Shown here piece after piece: positions 19,177-25,702 of a stretch of DNA of 46,406 nucleotides. Source of the stretch: an uncultured Methanosarcinales archaeon. Lineage in GTDB: Archaea > Nanobdellota > Nanobdellia > Woesearchaeales > JACPBV01. The notes below the pieces were generated by a model that was not told where the DNA came from, ran no database searches, and saw only the letters and a program-made list of their open reading frames with translations. The stretch is taken from contig CAZNZT010000002.1 in the NCBI GenBank assembly GCA_964577685.1, positions 62,001 through 108,406 of the forward strand, read 5' to 3'. The translations under genes were made by a program, and so were the position numbers. Numbering within the stretch: position 1 is the first letter of the stretch; the number at the start of each line of letters is the position of its first letter.

Positions 19177-20052
19177 TTATTTTCTGAAAGAAATTTTATA
19201 GATACGAGAAAATTTTAGTTTTAGAAATACGAAACTAATAACAATCCCATAAAGTAGACTAATATAATGCATAAAAAAATCAACTAAATTATTTCCCTGA
19301 ACAATTTTAACAGGAAATAGTAACAATGGAACAACCATAAAAAATACAGGCAATAAGATAGTGAGAAAATAAAAAATTACATTATCTTTTGATGCTTTAA
19401 AGACTCCTTTCAAAATTAGCCTAAAATTCTTTCTGTAATGAAAAGTGAAAAACAGAATAAAACCAATTACAAGTAGGATAAACAAAATATTTTTATGAAT
19501 TGGATAATAGATAATAACAAATAATAATGCTATGTATAAAATTGAAATATTAAAAAAGTTCATATTAATAAGATTAATTCTCTGTTCTTTTGAAAAGTGA
19601 TATACCCAAAGCATTGGTAAAAATCCCAATATGGCTGATACTAATCCAGAACTTCCCTGAAAAGTCTTTATCATGGGTATGAATCTAGAATAAACCAGAA
19701 TTTCAATGATTGAGCTTATTATTGGTAGAGAAATCAGTGTAAATAAGAATAATATAAATAAATCCTTTTTATTTTTTATGTTATTTGCAAATATTAACGA
19801 AATAACCCCAAATATAAAATATCCTTGAAGATTATGCCATAGGTGGCCTAAATCCTTATGAATGAATGCATGTGTGAAAAATTGCCACCATTTCGGATTA
19901 TAAATGTGAAATGACAAAGGCTCTCTAATTGTTAAAGGTAAAAACATTAATAGAGTTATAAAACTTGGAAATGCCAAAAAGAACAACACATCTTTTAGAC
20001 TAATTCCTTTAACTGATTCAATTAAATCTTTTTTTAGATTAGACCATTTCAA
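19177..20052 (-). CDS. Rhomboid-family intramembrane serine protease
   Basis: WWQFFTHAFIHKDLGHLWHN, GSSG catalytic motif, distal His (FMHY); start is TTG and uncertain. Confidence 0.75.
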   Translation of the reverse strand: MKWSNLKKDLIESVKGISLKDVLFFLAFPSFITLLMFLPLTIREPLSFHIYNPKWWQFFTHAFIHKDLGHLWHNLQGYFIFGVISLIFANNIKNKKDLFILFLFTLISLPIISSIIEILVYSRFIPMIKTFQGSSGLVSAILGFLPMLWVYHFSKEQRINLINMNFFNISILYIALLFVIIYYPIHKNILFILLVIGFILFFTFHYRKNFRLILKGVFKASKDNVIFYFLTILLPVFFMVVPLLLFPVKIVQGNNLVDFFMHYISLLYGIVISFVFLKLKFSRIYKISFRK

Positions 20053-20203
20053 TTTATCTAAGGATTCTTTATTTACTTTTATCCTGATTTTCTTAAAAAT
20101 TATCTTTTCAACTTTTTTGAGTTATTCCTCGCTTCCCAACAGCTTTTTTAATGCCAATTAAAAAACAATAGTGAAACTTGTAGTCACCCATTTAGAAATT
20201 GCC

Positions 20204-21001
20204 TCACTTTATTATTTCTACTTCTGTCTCATTTAATGTTTTCTGTGGAGGTTTTAGTCTTTTTTCAATTATTTTGAGGTATTTTTTTTCTTTTTCTATG
20301 CCTATTGAGTTTCTTCCCATTTTCATGGCAACCGCTGATGTAGTGCCAGAACCCACAAAAGGATCTAATACCAGATCTCCTGGTTTTGTGCATGCCAATA
20401 GGATTCTCCTTAGTAATTCTTCTGGTTTTTGTGTTGGGTGTTCTCCTGCCCATTTTTCGCTTTTTGGTGTTAATGGAATACTCCAGACATTTCTTGTTTG
20501 TTTTCCTTTTGGATTGAGCTGGTCTTCAATAAGGTTTTTTGTATCCTCATAATTGAATGTCCATCTCTTGCCGTTTCCATTTTTTGAAGCCCAGATTAAA
20601 TGTTCTGTGCTTTCAGTAAAAAACCTGCAAGTTATGTTAGGCTGTGCGTTTGGTTTAAACCAGACAATGCTATTGTTTATTTTTAGGTCTGTCATGTGTT
20701 GTATGATATAACCTAATTGATAGATGTTGTGAAACGAACCACAAACCCATAAACTACCGCCATGTTTAAGAACTCTTACACATTCTTTGATCCATTGAAT
20801 GTTGAACTTAAAAAATTCGTCTTTTGTGAAAATATCCCATTGTTCTTCTAATGTGATATGCTTACTATATTTCCACCCTAAACCTTTCTTTTTTGCCAGA
20901 CCATAAGGAGGATCAGCAAAAACTAAATCTACGCTTTCATCAGGAATTTTCTTTAACTCTTTTAAAGCGTCTCCTATCATTATTTTGTGATGAGTTTTCA
21001 T
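20204..21001 (-). CDS. Beta-class amino DNA methyltransferase (DpnA/CcrM/M.HinfI-like, probably m6A)
   Basis: FADPPY, GSFHNIY, WFKPNAQPNITCRFFTESTE, HPTQKP, LDPFVGSGTT. Confidence 0.92.
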   Translation of the reverse strand: MKTHHKIMIGDALKELKKIPDESVDLVFADPPYGLAKKKGLGWKYSKHITLEEQWDIFTKDEFFKFNIQWIKECVRVLKHGGSLWVCGSFHNIYQLGYIIQHMTDLKINNSIVWFKPNAQPNITCRFFTESTEHLIWASKNGNGKRWTFNYEDTKNLIEDQLNPKGKQTRNVWSIPLTPKSEKWAGEHPTQKPEELLRRILLACTKPGDLVLDPFVGSGTTSAVAMKMGRNSIGIEKEKKYLKIIEKRLKPPQKTLNETEVEIIK

Positions 21002-21138
21002 TTTTTATTATTCTCAATCCACTCTTTCATAAGGGTATTTATTTTTGTTGATATTTTTATATCATTATTTTCGCACAATTCCTTAAATTTTTCAAGAACT
21101 TCTTTATCAACAGTTATGTTTAATGGAACTTTCGGCAT
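20998..21138 (-). CDS. Ribbon-helix-helix regulator, 46 aa (below ORF-track cutoff)
   Basis: Own translation MPKVPLNITVDKEVLEKFKELCENNDIKISTKINTLMKEWIENNKK; ATGA overlap with methylase; GAGG SD and TATA upstream. Confidence 0.8.
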   Translation of the reverse strand: MPKVPLNITVDKEVLEKFKELCENNDIKISTKINTLMKEWIENNKK

Positions 21139-21223
21139 TTTTTAACCTCTTATGATCATTTCTATTTATAAATAAAGATAAATATACATAATTGATTTAT
21201 AAAGTTTTGGTTTTTAAATTTTT

Positions 21224-21700
21224 ATGCCAGAACTACATTTAATGCACACTACAAAAGATGGAGTAAAAATATTTGTTTCTAAAGGAAATAAAAAAGAATC
21301 CCCTTATGATTTTAGAGTTCATTATCAAGAACCAAATAAAAGAGTAAGAACACCTAAGCATATTCATTTGATAATTGATTTATATATGAAGTTAAGTAGA
21401 AATAAAGAACTGACATTAAAGTTAGTTGATTATCTTATTGATATGATGAAAAAATTAAAGCCAGAAACTAAATATCCTCCTTCTTTGCAGGTTTATGATA
21501 AGCAGGATTTATCTGAATTTGACGAGTTAAATAAATATGGGGAGTATTCTGTGGAATTTATAGTTGTTGTAACTGAGTTAATTATGATTCAGGAGAAAAC
21601 AAATTATCCAACAGGTACAATGAATGTTAAAGTGTTTGAAAGATTCAGAGACAAACACGATGATATTTTTTCTGTTGTGAGTGCTGCAACATTTAGATAA
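21224..21700 (+). CDS. Hypothetical protein divergent from the methylase; candidate restriction nuclease
   Basis: 158-aa ORF with its own TTTATAAA (21196-21203); function inferred from context only. Confidence 0.6.
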   Translation: MPELHLMHTTKDGVKIFVSKGNKKESPYDFRVHYQEPNKRVRTPKHIHLIIDLYMKLSRNKELTLKLVDYLIDMMKKLKPETKYPPSLQVYDKQDLSEFDELNKYGEYSVEFIVVVTELIMIQEKTNYPTGTMNVKVFERFRDKHDDIFSVVSAATFR

Positions 21701-21768
21701 AAAATAAAAAATTCTCAGGCACGTTACCCTGAGGCGGTGCCATACCCTCTAAGTTTTCGCCTTAGGAT

Positions 21769-21868
21769 ACTGAACTGGCGTTTAAAAGCTTCTAAGCCCG
21801 AAATTTAAGGGTTTCAGGCTAATTACTCTTCAGCGACATTATGACGCTTTTTTGAAAATCCGTTATAA
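21769..21868 (-). other. Degenerate attC-like site
   Basis: + strand ACTGAAC..TTTAAAAGC...GCTTTTTTGAA AATCC GTTATAA with inner hairpin AGCCCGAAA/TTTCAGGCT. Confidence 0.45.
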
Positions 21869-21919
21869 CTACTTTCTAATGACGAAACATTTATAAGTAT
21901 CCTCTTTATAATACTACTT

Positions 21920-22453
21920 ATGGCAGATAGAGTCTTAAGAATTGATGAATCACTTGAAGAAATAATTAGAATACTCCAAGAAAGACATGACAAAGCTGAA
22001 AGAAAACCTTTGCTTATAGGTGTTTTTGGACCTGCTAATGCTGGGAAGACCTATCTTTGTAAGATTCTTTCTAGGAGGCTTTATGATTTGTATGGGATTA
22101 CAGGTCCCACTCTTGTGTGTAGCTCTTCTCCTGGCTCAATAACACCACCAAGAATAATTGTGTATAGCACAAATAACACAGAACTTTATCCTAATGAAAG
22201 GGAAATACTTCCTTCCCTCGAGTATCTGTTCTACCATGCAGGCATAAATAAAATAAATATGGGGAGAGCAAATATAGACTGGTGGAACAAACAGCTGAGG
22301 AAAGATAAGGCTATCGGGAGGGACCTTGATGTTACTATCTATATCTATAATCCAATCGTTACAATACCAAATTTGGGTTCTATATTACCTGTCTTTGATA
22401 TCGTTGTAGCAAACCCACATCACTATAGGGCTTCTTCTGGATTATTTTACTGA
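21920..22453 (+). CDS. P-loop NTPase/kinase-like hypothetical protein
   Basis: LIGVFGPANAGKT Walker A; BRE/TATA CGAAAC-A-TTTATAAG at 21883-21897. Confidence 0.65.
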   Translation: MADRVLRIDESLEEIIRILQERHDKAERKPLLIGVFGPANAGKTYLCKILSRRLYDLYGITGPTLVCSSSPGSITPPRIIVYSTNNTELYPNEREILPSLEYLFYHAGINKINMGRANIDWWNKQLRKDKAIGRDLDVTIYIYNPIVTIPNLGSILPVFDIVVANPHHYRASSGLFY

Positions 22454-22487
22454 GTTCTATTAAGGGGTTCTGTAAATTTTATTGTTG

Positions 22488-22576
22488 GTATAACATCGGG
22501 CTTATGCGAAGTGTGAAGCGAAACTAAATTTTGGAAACTGAAGTGCAATGAGGTTTCCACATAAGCTGTGTTATAC
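22488..22576 (-). other. attC-like recombination site A (89 bp)
   Basis: + strand GTATAAC-atcgg-GCTTATG ... CATAAGC-tgt-GTTATAC, inner GGAAAC/GTTTCC stem; lies downstream of the MATE stop. Confidence 0.8.
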
Positions 22577-22701
22577 AAGCGCGGCGGGGTCTAGGAGCGT
22601 AGTGGAGTGAGTTCAAAAAATATTTTTCGTTCTTGTTTTTTTTGTTTTGAAAAATGGAAGAGGGCTGGGAGGTGAATTTCATTTTTCAAGCTTCTTATAA
22701 T

Positions 22702-24135
22702 TTACAGCGAGTTCATTCCTTCTTCAATTATTGTTTCTTCAGTTGTTTTTTCTGTAAGTTTTATCTCTTCAGTGAGTTGTTTTTGTTTCCATGTTCCTTT
22801 AAGGAACCAAATAACAGTTATTATAGCAGCTAAAACATTTGCTGTTGGAAAAGCTACCCACAAGCCAATTTCTGCAAGTACTGTATGTTTTGATAACAAG
22901 TATGCTAAAGGAAACCTTAAAACCCATAATGAAACAATAGATAAAATCATTGCTATCATTGTGTTTCCAGAACCCCTGAAAAGCCCATTCAAAGACATTT
23001 GAATACCAATAAAACCAAAAGTTAAAGCCATTATCTTAATGAATAAAGCACTTGCTTGTATTGTTTCTATTTCTCCGGGAATGAATATTGCAGAGATTTG
23101 TTTTGCAAATAAAAACATTATTACTCCTACAATTGTCAAAATTATAAAACCCACAAGAGCACTTAATTTTGTTATTTTTTCTGCTCTCTTTGTTTTTCCA
23201 GCACCAATATTTTGTCCCACAAGTGTTGAAGTAGCCATAGAGAATCCCGTTGCAGGAATGATAACAAAGCTTAGTATTCTGCTTCCAATACCATAAGCTG
23301 CAATAGTAAGTGTTCCAAATGAGGCAACGAGGAATGTCATAACTGTCATCCCCAATGCTCTAGTTGATTGTTCAATAGAAGCTGGAAATCCAATCTTAAA
23401 CATCTTTTTTATTAAAACCCAATCAGGTTTTAAGTCACTTAGGTGTAATTGAATCTCTGATTTTCCTTTTAACAATAATCCTATTCCAATTATTGCCGCT
23501 AAACTTTGTGTGCCAATAGTTGCAACTGCTGCTCCTGCAACACCAAATGCGGGGATGAAGCCGTAACCAAAAATGAATAAAGGATCAAGAATTAAATTTA
23601 ATAAAACCGTTCCAAGGACAATACACATTGGTGTTTTAACATCTCCAACACCCCTCATTAAAGATTGAAAAACCATGTAAGTAAACATGAAAATCATTCC
23701 AATAAAGGATATTTTCATGTACAAAACTGCGCTTGAGAAGATTGCTGCTTCAGCTCCCATTAAACCAATAAAAAAAGGAGATAAAAAATAACCAATGGTT
23801 GCAAGAATAATGGAAATTATTACGACCATTAACATTGTTTGAGAAGTAATATGGTCAACTGCTTTTTTGTCTTTTTTTCCCTTATATTGGGCAACGAGAA
23901 TTGTACCTGCCATTGCTAATCCGCCACCAAGAGAAATAATAAGAAAGATTATTGGGAAACTAATTGAAACTGCAGCAACTGCATCTGTTCCCAATCTTCC
24001 AACCCAAAAAGTATCTGTTAATTGATAAGCCGTTTGGAGTATATTAGCAAATATTATAGGAATCGATAATGCTATTAAAGATTTTAGGATTGGACCTTCT
24101 GTTAAATTATTTTTTATATCCATATTAACTGCCAT
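22702..24135 (-). CDS. MATE-family efflux transporter
   Basis: LTEGPILK, DTFWVGRLG, RGVGDVKTP, NLILDPLFIFG, GQNIGAG; about 12 TMs. Confidence 0.93.
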   Translation of the reverse strand: MAVNMDIKNNLTEGPILKSLIALSIPIIFANILQTAYQLTDTFWVGRLGTDAVAAVSISFPIIFLIISLGGGLAMAGTILVAQYKGKKDKKAVDHITSQTMLMVVIISIILATIGYFLSPFFIGLMGAEAAIFSSAVLYMKISFIGMIFMFTYMVFQSLMRGVGDVKTPMCIVLGTVLLNLILDPLFIFGYGFIPAFGVAGAAVATIGTQSLAAIIGIGLLLKGKSEIQLHLSDLKPDWVLIKKMFKIGFPASIEQSTRALGMTVMTFLVASFGTLTIAAYGIGSRILSFVIIPATGFSMATSTLVGQNIGAGKTKRAEKITKLSALVGFIILTIVGVIMFLFAKQISAIFIPGEIETIQASALFIKIMALTFGFIGIQMSLNGLFRGSGNTMIAMILSIVSLWVLRFPLAYLLSKHTVLAEIGLWVAFPTANVLAAIITVIWFLKGTWKQKQLTEEIKLTEKTTEETIIEEGMNSL

Positions 24136-24307
24136 TTATAAATTAAAATTTGTAAGCATTATATAACTTTTGTCTTTTAAAATAAATAGTTTTCTGAAGT
24201 GTAGTGTAGAAAACACATTATTATCCCTCTCTATAAAAAAACAAATTTATTCTTCTTTGAAAGCCTCTCGTTCTTATTCTCAGCTAGAAAAATATTTTTT
24301 GAATTGG

Positions 24308-24402
24308 GTATAACATATCAGGATTAAGAGAAGTTTTCACCGAAGGTGAAAATTTGGGGCGACTTGCCGAAGGCAACAAAGCCTTCTTAATCGCTGTTCA
24401 AC
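24308..24402 (-). other. attC-like recombination site B (95 bp)
   Basis: + strand GTATAAC-atatcag-GATTAAGA ... TCTTAATC-gct-GTTCAAC with two C-GAA-G triloop hairpins inside. Confidence 0.8.
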
Positions 24403-24459
24403 GCCCCGCAGGGTTCGAGGCTGAAAGCCGAGAAAGTCCGCCGTAGCCCGCCGAAATTT

Positions 24460-24774
24460 TTATTTTTCTTGAACTCCCCATTTAATATTTATTATTCCTA
24501 AATTTACGCCCGCCTCAAATTTTTTAATTATTTCTTTGTTATTTTCTATTACATCAATTCCATCAGAAGTTATTCTAATATCTAAAATATCTCCACCCAT
24601 TACTTTAGCTCTACATTCAATCAAATTTTTTCCTTCCAGATATTTACAAGTAGAAACAACATCTTCTTTTGAAAATCCTGTTTTTTCTTCAATTTTTTTA
24701 GAAGAAGTTCTTTGCTCATCGTAAATAATTTTCAAAATTTTTAATCTGTCAGTTTGGGAAAGCATTTTAATCAC
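24460..24774 (-). CDS. Winged-helix domain protein
   Basis: DRLKILKIIY...IEEKTGFSKEDVVSTCKYLEGKNLI...ITSDGID. Confidence 0.7.
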   Translation of the reverse strand: MIKMLSQTDRLKILKIIYDEQRTSSKKIEEKTGFSKEDVVSTCKYLEGKNLIECRAKVMGGDILDIRITSDGIDVIENNKEIIKKFEAGVNLGIINIKWGVQEK

Positions 24775-25318
24775 TTAATTCCTTTTTCATTTGTTCATAT
24801 TCCTTCTTAGAGATTTCTCCTTTTGCAAAACGTAATTTTAAAATTTTAAGAGGATCTTCCTCATCACTTTTTTGTGATATTGTGTTCTTTTTTATTAATT
24901 CCTTTATTAATTGTGGAAACTTACAAGTATATTTTCTTTCAGAAGACCAAAATTGTATCCCTTCTATTGAAGAATGAGCATGAAAAGTAAGTGTATCCAT
25001 AGTGATACCTTGTTCATAATCGATAGATTTTATATTTTCAAGAGGAATTTCTCTAATATCCACAGAAAATAATCCCTTTCCAATTATTAAGATTCTTTCA
25101 TTAGTAATTACTAACCATGGAGAACCCCATTGAGTACCTGGTTCGGATCTCCAACCTTGAGCACTGCTGGAGATGGACGTTCTGCCTCCTTTAACATGCG
25201 TTCCCCACGCACCCTTATAACTATAAAGTATTTTTTCAGAAACATGTAAAAATGTGTCCAATCTTTTTTTAATCCTCTTTGGAAGCTCCATCCTTAAACT
25301 CTCTTTTTTCTTGCTCAT
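24767..25318 (-). CDS. Bacterial-type PH-domain protein with C-terminal SHOCT domain
   Basis: LVITNERILI...EIPLENIKSI (bPH); DPLKILKLRFAKGEISKKEYEQMKKEL (SHOCT). Confidence 0.8.
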   Translation of the reverse strand: MSKKKESLRMELPKRIKKRLDTFLHVSEKILYSYKGAWGTHVKGGRTSISSSAQGWRSEPGTQWGSPWLVITNERILIIGKGLFSVDIREIPLENIKSIDYEQGITMDTLTFHAHSSIEGIQFWSSERKYTCKFPQLIKELIKKNTISQKSDEEDPLKILKLRFAKGEISKKEYEQMKKELSD

Positions 25319-25376
25319 ATTTTATAGATTAATAAAAGGTTTTATAAACATTTCTTTTTAAGGCGGGCGAAGACGG

Positions 25377-25404
25377 ATTGCGTTGAACACCAATTTCCCG
25401 CAAC
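25377..25404. other. Simple 11-6-11 site at head of cassette array (attI/dif-like candidate)
   Basis: ATTGCGTTGAA CACCAA TTTCCCGCAAC; imperfect inverted arms; GCGTTGAAC complementary to GTTCAACGC at 24396-24404. Confidence 0.55.
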
Positions 25405-25702
25405 TTCATAAATCTGATTAACATACAATATTTAAATTTTCTTTTTCATACTAAGATATAGAGATATCATAATCAAATTCCTGAAATCTGGCAAAACACC
25501 GACAGGAGCTGTTGGGATTGATTTAAGCTTGAAACATAAGTGGCATGAATTAATTGAATTGGCAATAATTTATCAGATAAAAGGTTAACACTTCTTTTTT
25601 GATTTCTTATTTAGATTAAATTTTTAACGAATTCCACCAACAATAAGTTTACAGGACCAATTAAAGATAAATTTATATAACTCCTCTCTATTTTTTATAA
25701 TA

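Larger units (their letters stand above)
19048..25404 (-). mobile_element. Integron-like gene-cassette array lacking an adjacent IntI (CALIN-like, non-canonical sites)
   Basis: Unrelated accessory genes separated by attC-like hairpins (22488-22576, 24308-24402, weaker 21769-21868); cassette ends mutually complementary; left boundary uncertain. Confidence 0.75.

Noticed and set aside
24405..24455. tRNA or tRNA fragment (GGTTCGA at 24412-24418)
   Set aside because: No acceptor, D or anticodon stems can be built; better explained as cassette-end hairpins.
25382..25517. A fourth full attC-like hairpin
   Set aside because: End boxes and 3/7 spacing fit loosely, but the inner stem is only about 5 imperfect bp and lacks the AA-N6-TT arms; the simple-site reading is preferred.
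25421..25588. Open frame without a start (LRYRDIIIKFLKSGKTPTGAVGIDLSLKHKWHELIELAIIYQIKG) as a pseudogene
   Set aside because: No start codon and no recognisable family; cannot be supported without a search.
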